A DNA stretch of 64,000 nt, from the NCBI GenBank assembly GCA_963422205.2, contig CAXMWX010000007.1, positions 149,508 to 213,507 on the forward strand, in the 5' to 3' direction. How positions within the stretch are numbered: position 1 is the first letter of the stretch; each line of letters begins with the position of its first letter. Origin of the DNA: Gammaproteobacteria bacterium (GTDB lineage: Bacteria; Pseudomonadota; Gammaproteobacteria; Eutrophobiales; Eutrophobiaceae). Below are positions 10,625 to 21,166 of this stretch, in pieces. A program made the translations under genes and the position numbers. The notes beneath the pieces were generated by a model. It was not told the origin of the DNA. It ran no database searches and worked only from the letters and a program-made list of their open reading frames with translations.

Positions 10625-13022
10625 ATGAAAACAGCACACCGTACCACCCGAATCACCCCTCTAGCCTGGCTTCTGCTCACCTGCCTCTTAGGCACCACAC
10701 CGCCCTGGCCGCGTCTTTTAACGTCACCACCGATACGGTGAGAACCACGGAATACACCTTGGATGCGAACGGCGAGACCGGCACCATCGCCGCCGGGGTG
10801 ACCCTAAGCGGTGCGGCCAGTGGTAATTTCCTGGAATTGGTGGTTCTTAATAGTGGCACTGACCTCAGCCTGGATATCAGTGGCACCCTGCGGCTGACGG
10901 GCAGCACTTCTGGTCGCAGTGCGCTCTGGGCGCAAGCTGATGGTACGAGCACCAATCCGAACACCGTCCGCATTCGCAGCACTGGCCTGTTGGATTTGCA
11001 AAGCACCGGCGACGATTCCGCAGCGGTGTTTATAGAGGGCGCTCATACCAGGCTGAACCTGGATATGGGCGGGCGCATCCGCAGCACCCATAACAATGCC
11101 GTGCTAACTGACACTGACACCACCATCAATGTGGCGGGCACCATCACCACCGAGGGCCGCGGGGGTCATCCAACGGCAACAGCGCTATCTCGACTTTTAG
11201 CGATGTCAATAATGTCACTATCCACCTTATGGCCCGCGGCCTGCTGGAAACCAACACCTGTCTGCGGGTGGACACCACCGCCTGCCCCGCCGGGGCCAAC
11301 CCCTCCAACGGCCACGGTATAAACGTTTCCGGGGAAAACACCAATATCACCCTAGGCACGGCGGGGACTGGCGTCAGCTTTGATACCACGACCGCCAGCA
11401 ACAACGCCCGCATTATCACCCAGGGCCCTGACTCCCACGGCATCCGCCTTTTTGCCGACGGGAACGCGGCGACAACCAATATCGGCCGCATCACCACCTA
11501 CGCCGACAGCCTGATCAGTACCACCGGCGCTGGCGCCCACGGCATCTTGATTGACAATACCATTGGTGCCACCAATACCGCCCCAGTGGCGCTGGATTTA
11601 GGCGGGCGTATCGAGGTCACCGGTGCCAATGCGGTGGGCCTGCAACTTAGTGACGCCAACCTCGCCCTGGCCGATGTGGATGGCGATACAACCAACGGCG
11701 GCGAAATCCGCATTACCGGCGGGATCAGCACCGACGGTATCGCCGCCGCCATTCGCGATAGCAGTAACACCAGCATTCGGCTGCTGCTCAATGGCGCTGC
11801 TATCACCGGCGATATTGATCTCGGCGCCGGGGCGGATAGGCTGGAGATGACCGGCAGCACCACCCTGAGGGGCGATATCGCTGCCGGTGCAGGCAATGAT
11901 ACGCTGACACTGACCGGCACCACCTTCATCGGCCTTTTCGTCCCGGTCTTAGGCGGTGCCATCACCGAGGACATCAACATGGGCGCGGGCAATGATGAGA
12001 TCACCTTCAACAGCACCGCCACCAGTTACATCGGCGACATTGACCTCGATGCGGGGGATGACACGCTCACCCTGAATGCCAACGTGGATATCGATTTCAC
12101 CACTGGCGGCATTGATCTGGGCACCGGCGGTGATACCCTGAACCTGAACAGCTTTGTCCTGCCTGCCGGGGCCTTGCCCAGCTTCGGCGATGACGATGAT
12201 ACGCTGGTGCTGAACGGCAGCGCCAGCCTCGGCAGCAGCGTCCCGCAAACCAGCGGATCGGCGGTCATCACCCGCCAGACCATCAACATGGGCGATGGCG
12301 ATGACAGGGTCGAATTTAACAGCACGGAAATCAGCTACATCGAGGACATCATTCTGGGCGATGGTGACGATAGCCTCAGACTGGGTGTGGGCCTGAATCT
12401 GCCCACTGGCAGGGTGCTGGACGGCGGCAGCCGTCCCGATGAACTGAGAGGGTATGATGTCAATGCCACCTGGGCAGTGACCGGGGCGGCGACGGGCAAC
12501 ACCTATAACCCGGCGGGACCCGGCCAGACCATCGCCTTCACCAGTTTTGGGTTGCTGACCGGCGGGGCGATGGCGGATACCTTTAATGTCAGCGCCGACC
12601 ACACGGGGAGTCTCTTCGGCAACGGTGGGGCGGATATCTTCAACCTCACCGGCGGCACACTCTCAGGCGGCTTGGTCGGTCGCCTGGGTAATGATACCTT
12701 CACCCTCAGCGGCAGCGGCAGCGCCATCCTCCAGGGCAATATCAACGGCGGGGCGGGCGATGATGAGCTTGAACTGACGGGCGCCGCCGCCATCGGCACG
12801 GCCAACACCAGTGGCAGCATCGACATGGGCACGGGCAATGATGCCGTCACCCTTAACAGCAGCGCCACCAGTTACCTGTTCAACTTTGATCTCGGTGCGG
12901 GGGATGATTCCCTCGTCTTAAATGCGAACCTGAATCTGACCGCCGGTGCCACCTCACCGGCGGGGCGGACACGGATACCCTCAACGGCTATGCGGCCGAT
13001 GCCACCTGGACGCTGGCCGCCG
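10625..13022 (+). pseudogene. Large secreted Gly/Asp/Thr-rich repeat protein (adhesin/autotransporter passenger-like), frameshifted and truncated at the prophage end
   Basis: Signal-peptide-like start MKTAHR..LAWLLLTCLLG; repeated GxGxDxL motifs; frame changes near 10700, 11165 and 12955; corrected frame ...DATWTLAA runs into the inverted repeat at 13023. Confidence 0.8.
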
Positions 13023-13075
13023 CAGACTAGAATCTTGCGAAAGATGGAGTGCTATTGATGCGAAAGATGGTTGTG
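13023..13075 (+). repeat. Left terminal inverted repeat with two TGCGAAAGATGG boxes (13036-13047, 13059-13070)
   Basis: CAGACTAGAATCTTGCGAAA...ATTGATGCGAAAGATGGTTGTG matches the reverse complement of 33008-33059. Confidence 0.88.
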
Positions 13076-13339
13076 TATTTTTTTCTGGGATTTTCAAAAT
13101 CCAATGCATGTTGACGGAATCAAACGGGATTTTGCGGAATCTGGTGGAATTTTTTGCTTGGTTTTTGCGGGTGTCTCGGCTATGATTTAACCATTGCCAA
13201 GGCAAAATCTGCGTGCGAGTGCTGCGGGGGTAGCCCACCCCTTAAAAGTTCTAAACCGAGCCAGTTCGCTGGTGAGGGTAAATCGGAGGTGTATACCGCA
13301 GCCCTCCGCTTGGCATGCGAGAGGCTTCGGGCGGCCCTC

Positions 13340-14518
13340 TCACTTATCCCAATTTCTTAGTAGCTTACCCTTTGCCAACTCACTATTCAGTTGTTTTATA
13401 GATTTGCGGTGAAACGTGGTCAAGTAGTTCTCTTGCCTGTCCTCTGTTCGTTTAACCACCACCTTATACAAGCGGCCATGAACGGCATAAAAATACAGGT
13501 TCTGTTCGCCTGCCTGTATCACCTTACCCTTAGCAATAACCTCGGGTATCAACTGATACTCATCCAGCTTTAATTCGGGATGGTTCCGCTTCTGCTTTAC
13601 CAATGTCGCCTCACTGAGCAGCACCGCTTTTTGCTTCGCCTTTAGCCGTCCCTTCAAGTTCTCATCCAGGGCGGCAATGACAAAGCGGCTATCGGGTGTT
13701 GGTTGCTTGAACCAGTCGGTGAACACCTGGCTCTTGAGCAGCGATGAGACCGTACCTAATGCCAAATCACTCTGGCTGGCGTTGATCTTGTTGCGGATGA
13801 GACTGTAAGACTGCTGTAACCGGTGTTTGCCGATGTGGTAGTTGAAAGCCGGATGTACGCCCTGGGTCACGCTTTCCACCTCGCCCGTGCGCTGGTTGAC
13901 CCATTCCCTGGTCTGCTCTGGCGGTGCATCGGTCATATACTTGCTGGTACCTTTCAGTCGGTCATATTCGGCCTGGCTGACCGGTCTGACCCGGCACTTG
14001 CAGCCCCAGCCATTAGGTGGGTAGCGGGTCTCCCAGAACGGATGGTCAACGGGCAGGATGACCCCCGCCCAAGCCACATGTTCATCGCGGTGCGTCCGGC
14101 TTGGCCCCAGCTCATAGAGCAGATACGCATAGCTTGGCTTATTCCGCTCAATCCGTCCCCATTGCCCTGCTGCCCGGGCGGTACGCAGATTGGTCTGGTA
14201 GATGACCTTCAAGCGCCGGGGGCTGCCGAGTTGTACGTCTTTTATCTCCCCGGTCAGCGGGTCATGCATCTGTTGTCGCCCCCACCAGCCTTTCTTTTGT
14301 AACAGTGGGGTCAGTTCTTTTGCAAACTGGCGCAGAGTCTTGCCCTCGGCCTCTGCCACCACCACTGCCTGATAGATGTTCTCCAGCACGTCAAGGCGCA
14401 TGGCTTTGGCCACAGTGAAATGGATATGATGCTCTTCCTGCCAAACATCACGGTAATCAAAGCCGGGCTTGAGCTTCTTACGCTTAAGAAAGTCTAGCGC
14501 CGAGGTGGCCGGGGTCAC
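13340..14518 (-). CDS. Mu gp30/gpF-like head morphogenesis protein with C-terminal extension (putative PBECR-type nuclease domain)
   Basis: FTVAKAMRLDVL, LGSPRRLKVIYQTNLR, R..H and PPNGWGCKC MuF motifs; extra ~150-aa C-terminal domain. Confidence 0.88.
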   Translation of the reverse strand: MTPATSALDFLKRKKLKPGFDYRDVWQEEHHIHFTVAKAMRLDVLENIYQAVVVAEAEGKTLRQFAKELTPLLQKKGWWGRQQMHDPLTGEIKDVQLGSPRRLKVIYQTNLRTARAAGQWGRIERNKPSYAYLLYELGPSRTHRDEHVAWAGVILPVDHPFWETRYPPNGWGCKCRVRPVSQAEYDRLKGTSKYMTDAPPEQTREWVNQRTGEVESVTQGVHPAFNYHIGKHRLQQSYSLIRNKINASQSDLALGTVSSLLKSQVFTDWFKQPTPDSRFVIAALDENLKGRLKAKQKAVLLSEATLVKQKRNHPELKLDEYQLIPEVIAKGKVIQAGEQNLYFYAVHGRLYKVVVKRTEDRQENYLTTFHRKSIKQLNSELAKGKLLRNWDK

Positions 14519-16077
14519 CGGGTATCTCCTGACACATCCCCCAGGGCCCGGGCGATGAAGGCCGCCTCGGTCAGGCCATCGACCAGGGCTGTATCATCCT
14601 CTGTGCTGAGGTCAATCAGTGCTGCCTTGACCTCATCCAGGCGGCTCCCGTCTGCTATCATTTTCTGAAGCACCTGCTGCACCTCGGATATGGGCTTCAT
14701 CTGTGACTGCCAGTCATCGTCCGTCAACGCATCGGTCAGGTCATCCAGGGTATCGGGGACATCGGGCGCTTGCCGGTTCAAGGCCAGTGGCTGTATAGGG
14801 TTAGCTGCTGTAGTGCCACCGGCCGGCGCACTGAGCAATGCCTCCCCGTCTTTCGGATCAGGCAGGCCAGACTTGTCGCGGATAACCGAGGCCGAGACCT
14901 TCAAGCCCAGTGGCACCAGCTTCTCCAGAGAGTCCGCCAGCAGCTTCAGGTCTTCGGCCTCCTCCACATGCAGCACCAGGCGCGGGTAGCTCGCCTGCGG
15001 CCCGAAGTTCAAATCGACAAAGGGTTTCATCAGATCGCGGTTCAGCGTCACCTCAAGTTGCCTTGCATCGGACTTTAGAATGTCCAGACGCACTTCGTTA
15101 TGGATATTGGCCTGGGATTGGGAGCTGCCATCATCGGTGGTCATGGTCTGACCGAGTACGGCCTTGCTGGTTTGCCTGTCCAGCCACTCGGCCAGGGTTC
15201 TAAAGAGCTCGGCGGCGCCTGAGACATTACCCACCTGCTCAAACTCAATCCGCAGGGTATCGGGCAGCACCGCCGCGGCATCGCTGCCGAGGTTGGCGAC
15301 TGCCGCTTTCAGCAACTGGATATGCTCTTCTTTTGCCCCTTGGCTGTAACGTCCCAAGCGCAGCGGCATCCCGAACACCTCACAAAAAGCCAGCCAGTCT
15401 TTCACTGTATAGGCTTTGCACATGTACGTTGTAGCGACCAGACGGGCGAGACCCCCACGCAAGGGGATGCCGCTTTTTAATCGTGGTCGGTGAATGATGA
15501 ACTTGTACGGCGGCAGGGGCTTACCATTGACCACATCAGACTCATCATAAAGCCGCAACTCATAGGGGTTATCCGGGGGATAGATAAAGTAGCGCGGGTC
15601 GCGCCAGTGGTAGGCTGTGGGTTGCCATTGCTTGGCGGAGGTCTCCCAGTCAATCTCAATGGCCGCATAGCCCTTGCCGAGGGCATCTAAGGCATCATCC
15701 TGCAAGTCACCGAACGCGGGGGCGGCGATCAATGCCCGGCAGGCCTCAGCCAGCTTGACATCCTGCCTGTCATCCGAGGCCGCCTCAATGGTGGGAGCCA
15801 GTCCAGAGACGGCGCGCTTGCGGGTGGCCAGTACACTGGCATAGTGCGGCTCACGCTCCTCCATCTCCTCGGCCAGGGTCAGGTAATCATGGGCTTGCCC
15901 CTCAGCCGCGGCCTGCATCAGTCTAGCGAGGCGCAGCGGGTTGATGCTGCCAGCCACATGCGCCACCAGCCAGGGCTGGCGAATGCTGGTTAAGGACGTG
16001 GTGACGACCTCATCGGTGAGTGCCTCCTTGACGATAGGCTGACCATCGGGGCCGAGCAGGCGGGGTGTTATCGCCAT
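14515..16077 (-). CDS. Mu gp29-like portal protein (DUF935)
   Basis: EEMEE..H, LDALGKGY..EI.W, F.EVFGMP.RLG.Y and SKAVLGQT motifs; between terL and F. Confidence 0.92.
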   Translation of the reverse strand: MAITPRLLGPDGQPIVKEALTDEVVTTSLTSIRQPWLVAHVAGSINPLRLARLMQAAAEGQAHDYLTLAEEMEEREPHYASVLATRKRAVSGLAPTIEAASDDRQDVKLAEACRALIAAPAFGDLQDDALDALGKGYAAIEIDWETSAKQWQPTAYHWRDPRYFIYPPDNPYELRLYDESDVVNGKPLPPYKFIIHRPRLKSGIPLRGGLARLVATTYMCKAYTVKDWLAFCEVFGMPLRLGRYSQGAKEEHIQLLKAAVANLGSDAAAVLPDTLRIEFEQVGNVSGAAELFRTLAEWLDRQTSKAVLGQTMTTDDGSSQSQANIHNEVRLDILKSDARQLEVTLNRDLMKPFVDLNFGPQASYPRLVLHVEEAEDLKLLADSLEKLVPLGLKVSASVIRDKSGLPDPKDGEALLSAPAGGTTAANPIQPLALNRQAPDVPDTLDDLTDALTDDDWQSQMKPISEVQQVLQKMIADGSRLDEVKAALIDLSTEDDTALVDGLTEAAFIARALGDVSGDTR

Positions 16078-16097
16078 CAGTACACGTCCTCACTATA

Positions 16098-16169
16098 CAG
16101 AAGACAGAAGTCAGAAGACAGAGGACAGAATGTATGCTCTGTCTTCCGTTCTCCATCTTCCGTCCTCTG
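16098..16169. repeat. Heptamer-repeat palindromic cassette H1 (terL/portal junction)
   Basis: CAGAAGA CAGAAGT CAGAAGA CAGAGGA CAGA..TCTGTCT TCCGTTC TCCATCT TCCGTCC TCTG. Confidence 0.9.
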
Positions 16170-16171
16170 CT

Positions 16172-17582
16172 TCACAGCAGCCCCCGTTGTGCCTTGATGG
16201 CATAACGATTGCCGTAAAAATCATCCTCATCGTCCGCATCGTAATAGGGCGAGACCGCCTCATAAGCAAAATGCTCGGCCGGCACCTGGGCTGCTGCTGT
16301 CGCCAAGGCCAGCGCCCAGAACCTATCCGCATGACCATCAGTGCCGGAACGCTCGGCCACCAGACGCGGGGTGCCGGTGATGCTGGTCTCAGCCTTGATG
16401 CTGTGCAGATCATGACGCAGCGCCTCATCGACCGGGATACGCAAGCGCCCATCTTCCAACACCTCACGCAGCGCGGTGGCCACATCCAGACGCCTGGGCG
16501 CACTTAAGATAATCCCCTCCACCCGGTACTTACCATGCGCCTCCTGTAATTGCTCCACCACCGCCTCACCCATGCCGGTTTGATCTACCGCGATGCGGCT
16601 TGGCCGGTAGTCCTCCACCAGCCGTGCCACAATGCTGTGCTGCTCGGCAAAGGGAATGCCCTGACGGGCAATAAGTTCACGTACCCACAGCACATCCCCC
16701 ACCCGTTCCAGCACCAGCGCCACCCACAAGTCCTGCCGGCGGGCGACATCAATGCCGATGTAGGTCAGGCCACCGGCGAAGTGCTCCGGCACCCCGGCCT
16801 GTTGGTGCTCGGCGGCGCGTAGCCATTGCCAGGCTAACCAGGCGCCACCGGTTTGTTTAGGTGTGCAGAACAACTCCTCTTCGGCCATCTCCCGAGTGGG
16901 GTATTTATTGATCTCACGGGCGCGCCACTCCTCGGCATAGTTATCATGCCAAGGGGCTTGTTTGACACTGGCAATGCGCCGGGCCAAGCCTTCGGCAATA
17001 GCATCATCTAAGGTAATGCGATGCAGTGCGTACGCGTGCTTGCCTTCACGCACATCACAGACCAGGCGGTTAAAGGCACTGTCCTCGCCTTTGTGCGTTG
17101 AGATGATGCGTACCTTGCCACCCCCATTGCGTTACCGCAATGGCCGCTTGTAGCAGATCATCCAGCTCATCACAAAACGCCGCCTCATCGATAATGACAA
17201 TATCGCCGGGTTTCCCTTTGGAGCGCAACACCCGGGGGTTCGATGGCAGGGCCTGAATGAACTTGCCCGAGTCAAAACGGATGCGAAAGCGCAATACCTG
17301 GCTTGCCTCATCGCTGATTAGGGTTTCCTCGACCTGTGATGCGGCCAGATTAAAGCGTATCGCCCACTCAGCACAATCACGGATATAGGTCTCGGTCATG
17401 TCCTTGTTATAGGACATATAAAAGATATTGCCTTTACCCTCGGCGGCATAGACCACCCGCTCGGCGGCATCACCCCAGGATAAACCAACGCGCCGCGACT
17501 TCTCACAGATGGCAATCTCGGCTTGCTCTTTATTCCAGCGCAACTGATAGGCCAGCAACAGGGGATAACCATCCTTATACAT
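16172..17582 (-). pseudogene. Mu gp28-like terminase large subunit, one frameshift near 17120
   Basis: EKSRRVGLSW, IIDEAAF, YIGIDVAR and HADRFWALALA motifs; an extra G in a G run splits WGGKVRIISTH. Confidence 0.88.
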
Positions 17583-17680
17583 GGGCGCTTTCCAGAGCGG
17601 CGCGAATGGCCGCTGCGGTATCCTGACTGACACCGGCCTTCTTAACTTGTGTCTCGGCCTTCTCGGCCATTGCCACTGCC
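17575..17680 (-). pseudogene. 3' remnant of Mu gp27-like (DUF3486-type) small terminase
   Basis: KAVAMAEKAETQVKKAGVSQDTAAAIRAALE directly upstream of and overlapping the terL start; 5' part absent. Confidence 0.65.
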
Positions 17681-18187
17681 TTGGGGCTGAACACCGAGGC
17701 AACTGAGACGCAGATTATTGAGCGTATCAACGCACTCAAAGCAGAGAAACAAACCGCACTCAATTCCGCACAGAGTCCCGACCCAGCCAGGTTTGTACCG
17801 ATAGAGACGCACCAGTTGGCCTTGAACCGGGCGGAGAGTGCCGAGGCCACGCTTACTAAGAACAAGGAGGCGGCCTTAACCGCCGAAGGTCAGGCGCTGG
17901 TGGAGCAGTCGATTACCGATGGCAAGATGGCGCCTGCCAATAAAGATCATTACCTGGCTCTGTGTCGGGACGAGGCCGGGCTTGAGACCGTCAAGCAACT
18001 GATGGCCGCCGCCCCCGAAGATACTGACGGAGGACAACGGGTACGGGTGGCGCGCCTGGCAAACCTGAGACGGCGCTCAATACCGAGGAGTCTCAGGTGG
18101 CCCGCCTTGCTGGGTCTGTCGGATAAAGCCATGACCGAGGCCAAGGCCGCGCACACCGCACATACAACCACAGGAGCTAACCGATGA
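17681..18187 (+). pseudogene. 3' half of Mu gpI-like protease/scaffold gene
   Basis: LGLNTEATETQII..INAL, PDPARFVP and AL..DGK.APA motifs; N-terminal protease domain missing; local frameshifts 18010-18105. Confidence 0.8.
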
Positions 18188-19085
18188 TTATCACACCGCA
18201 GGCAATCACGGCCCTTTATCACAGGCTTTAACAAAATCTTTCAGGATGCGCTCGGCAGTGCCGAGACCCAATGGCAGCAGGTGGCCACGCAGGTGCCATC
18301 CAGCACCAAGTCCAACACCTACGGCTGGCTGGGCAAGTGGCCAGGCTTTCGGGAATGGGTCGGCGAGCGGGTGTTCAAGAACTTGAAAGCCCACAGCTAT
18401 CAGGTCACGAATAAAAAATACGAGTCCTCGGTGGAGGTCGGGCGTGATGAGATTGAGGATGATCAGATCGGCATCTATAGCCCGATGGTGATGGAGATGG
18501 GTCAGGAGGCGGCCAGGTTTCCCGATGAGTTGGTCTTTGGTTTGCTGGGCGGCGGGTTTCACGACCGCTTGCTATGACGGGCAGAACTTCTTTGATGCCG
18601 AGCATCCGGTGTATCCGAATGCCGATGGCACCGGTACGGCGGTGCTCATCTCCAACATGCAGGCGGGCAGCGAGACGCCCTGGTTTCTGCTGGACACGTC
18701 CCGTGCCTTGAAGCCGCTGATCTATCAACTCCGCCGGGCGCCGGCGTTCAAGGCCATGACGGACACGGCGGATGAGGGCGTGTTCCTGCGCGATGCCTAT
18801 CGTTACGGGGCGGATTTGCGCTGTAATGCGGGCTTTGGCTTCTGGCAGATGGCTTATGGTTCAAAAGCGGATTTAACCCTGGAGAACTATGTGGCGGCCC
18901 GTACCGCGATGATGGGCTTTACTGGTGATGGCGATAAGAAACTCAAAGTTAGTCCTAAGTTACTGGTCGTACCGCCCTCGTTGGAAGAGAAGGCATTGAA
19001 GATACTGAAAGCCGAGCTCATCGACGGTGGCAACAGCAACGTCTACCGCAACACCGCCGAGGTCTTGTGTTGCCCGTATCTGTGA
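18184..19085 (+). pseudogene. Mu gpT-like major capsid protein, two apparent frameshifts (~18215, ~18548)
   Basis: MIITP, YGWLG..P..REW.GER, CYDGQNFFD..HP, KPLIYQ.R and GFGFWQMAYGS motifs. Confidence 0.9.
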
Positions 19086-19087
19086 TT

Positions 19088-19184
19088 CAGAGGACAGATG
19101 ACTGAGGACAGAAGACAGTGGTTGTATGGCGCAGAGCGCCATTCTCTAAAATCTGTCCTCCGTCTTCCGACTTCCGTTCTCTGA
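19088..19184. repeat. Heptamer-repeat palindromic cassette H2 (capsid/gp36 junction)
   Basis: Four CAGARGA-like units, central ATGGCGC-AGA-GCGCCAT hairpin, four complementary units. Confidence 0.92.
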
Positions 19185-19185
19185 C

Positions 19186-19599
19186 ATGTATATCACACCA
19201 GCCGACATTGAGGCGCGCTTAGGTGCGGAGGACTATGCCGTACTGGTGGGCAGTGGTGAAGATGCCCGTGAGCGGGTAACCCAAGCCATAGCCGATGCCA
19301 GTGGCGAGATCGATGGTTATGTGGGTCAGCGCTATGCGCTGCCGCTTGAGCCGATACCGACAGCTATTCAGCGAGTAGCGGTGGATATCAGTATCTATCG
19401 CTTATCCGGTGATAGCCGGGTAACCGAAGATAAGCGCAAGCGCTATGAGGACGCGATTGCATTTTTGAGGGGTGTGGTACGAGGCGAAGTCAGCTTAGGC
19501 GCGCCCGAACAGGCCAATGATGTCGATGATGCACATCAGGACACGATGGCGGTGACATCCAGGGCGCGGCAGTTCCATCGGGATAACCGAACGTTTTGA
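19186..19599 (+). CDS. Mu gp36-like head-tail connector (DUF1320)
   Basis: MYIT..DI, AIADASGEIDGY...RY.LPL and RYEDAI.FL motifs. Confidence 0.88.
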   Translation: MYITPADIEARLGAEDYAVLVGSGEDARERVTQAIADASGEIDGYVGQRYALPLEPIPTAIQRVAVDISIYRLSGDSRVTEDKRKRYEDAIAFLRGVVRGEVSLGAPEQANDVDDAHQDTMAVTSRARQFHRDNRTF

Positions 19600-19632
19600 T
19601 TATTCACCTGTAACTTAACTAGAGGCATCATC

Positions 19633-20004
19633 ATGGCACTAAGACGTAAAAAGACCACGACAAGAGACGGCGCCACCGAGACCGGTGCAACCGCAGAAGA
19701 GACAACCCAGCCCAACGGCACGGACGAGCAGGGCGCCAGGGACGGCGCGATGGGTAAAGACAGCACGCTCAAGACCCGGGTGAAAGACCTGCCTGACGGG
19801 GTCACGCAGTATTGGCGTGGCGGGGTGGCACACACCAGGGACTGGCAGGCATGGCCGGTCGATGCCTTTACTCCTGAGCAACTGGAGAAGATCAAGGCCG
19901 ACCCGCGCATTCAGATGACAGAAACCGAAATACAGAAGACAGATTCAGATGACAGGGGTCGGAAGACGGAGGACAGAGGTCGGAAGACGAAGGACGGAGA
20001 GTAA
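19633..20004 (+). CDS. Mu-like prophage protein (HI1506-like domain); C-terminus encoded by cassette H3
   Basis: YWRGG.AH...FTPEQLEKIKADPRI motif; heptamer-derived tail. Confidence 0.6.
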   Translation: MALRRKKTTTRDGATETGATAEETTQPNGTDEQGARDGAMGKDSTLKTRVKDLPDGVTQYWRGGVAHTRDWQAWPVDAFTPEQLEKIKADPRIQMTETEIQKTDSDDRGRKTEDRGRKTKDGE

Positions 20005-20046
20005 AGTTGGTCATCTGTCGTCTGTCTTCTGACTTCAGTCTTCTGA
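19912..20046. repeat. Heptamer-repeat palindromic cassette H3
   Basis: About 12 purine-rich 7-mers followed by TCTGTCG TCTGTCT TCTGACT TCAGTCT TCTGA. Confidence 0.9.
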
Positions 20047-20441
20047 ACGCCGAGTTAGCCAGGCTATCTGCGCTTGACCTGAATGACTTGTTAGCAACCC
20101 TGGCCTTTGCTGGCGAAGTCCAGACCCGGTGGCGCTTGGCGACAGAAAAGGCAAGCCCTGCGGGGGAGGCCTGGCCTACTTGGTCAGAAGTCTATGCCGC
20201 CAGGCGTCACGGTGGCCATGCCCTGCTGGAGAATGAGGGCGCTCTGATTGACAGCATCGAGTCCGGCACAGACGGCGATACCGCCTTCTGGGGCAGTGAT
20301 CTGATCTATGCCGCCACCCATCAGTATGGAGACGATGACAGGAACATTCCGCAGCGGCAATACTTGGGCGTGAGCAGCAATAACAAGCGCGAGATGACAG
20401 ACTTAATCAATGCCTTTTTGAGTGGGGCGGCGCCAGCATGA
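20007..20441 (+). CDS. Phage virion morphogenesis protein (Mu gpG/P2 gpS-like); start uncertain
   Basis: P.G..W..WS..Y, GSDLIYAATHQYG and IPQRQYLG motifs; only a TTG inside H3 is available as start. Confidence 0.8.
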   Translation: MVICRLSSDFSLLNAELARLSALDLNDLLATLAFAGEVQTRWRLATEKASPAGEAWPTWSEVYAARRHGGHALLENEGALIDSIESGTDGDTAFWGSDLIYAATHQYGDDDRNIPQRQYLGVSSNNKREMTDLINAFLSGAAPA

Positions 20442-21085
20442 TCAATGCCTTGCTCGACCACATCATCCATACCCTGGCGCCGTTGTTCCCGGAGTCGGTG
20501 AGCATTGCTCGCTATAACGGTCGGTTTACCGAGCGGGACTTAGACCGCTTCGCTGGTCGGGCGCCCGCCCTGCTCATCTCCGCCCAGCGTCTGGAGGTGA
20601 CCGGCTGCAATGTGATACCGGTACAGACTCTGCACCCAGGCGACAGTGAAGAAGTGCTGCGCAAACGTATTGAAGGCAGGCTGCATTGCGCCATTGCCAT
20701 TTTGACCAAGGACAGGCCGGGTCAATCCCGCGATGCGGTGGCCCTTGAGTTGGTCAACACACTCATCATCACCCTGCCGCAGCAGACCTTTGATGCGCCC
20801 TTGAGCCGGGGTGTAACAGCAGATTCTATCCGGGCGCAGAACCTGCACACGGTATCCCTGGATAACAAGGCGGTGACCTTATGGGGCGTCACCTTTATCC
20901 AGCCTGTCCGCATGGACGTCGGTCAGCCGCCCGTGTTTGACACACCGGCCCGGGTGATGCTGGGCATTGAGCCGGAGATTGGCCCTGACCATGTGGACGA
21001 TTACACTGACATTCAGAGGACAGACTTGCCTGCGCGCAGCGCGCAAGCAGGGGACGGAGAACAGAGGACAGACGGGTATGAATAA
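20438..21085 (+). CDS. Mu gp37-like tail terminator/completion protein; 3' end extends into cassette H4
   Basis: Position before the spike gene; GRF...DL..APA and A.NL....LWGV pattern. Confidence 0.6.
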   Translation: MINALLDHIIHTLAPLFPESVSIARYNGRFTERDLDRFAGRAPALLISAQRLEVTGCNVIPVQTLHPGDSEEVLRKRIEGRLHCAIAILTKDRPGQSRDAVALELVNTLIITLPQQTFDAPLSRGVTADSIRAQNLHTVSLDNKAVTLWGVTFIQPVRMDVGQPPVFDTPARVMLGIEPEIGPDHVDDYTDIQRTDLPARSAQAGDGEQRTDGYE

Positions 21086-21164
21086 AATTATCCTTTATCT
21101 GACTTCTGTCGTCCGTATTCTGATTTCTGAATCTGTCTTCCGTATTCAGTCCTCCGGCATCTGA
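21014..21164. repeat. Heptamer-repeat palindromic cassette H4 with nested 27-bp GC hairpin
   Basis: CAGAGGA CAGA[CTTGCCTGCGCGCAGCGCGCAAGCAGG]GGA CGGAGAA CAGAGGA...pyrimidine arm ending TCTGA before the ATG at 21167. Confidence 0.9.
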
Positions 21165-21166
21165 AC

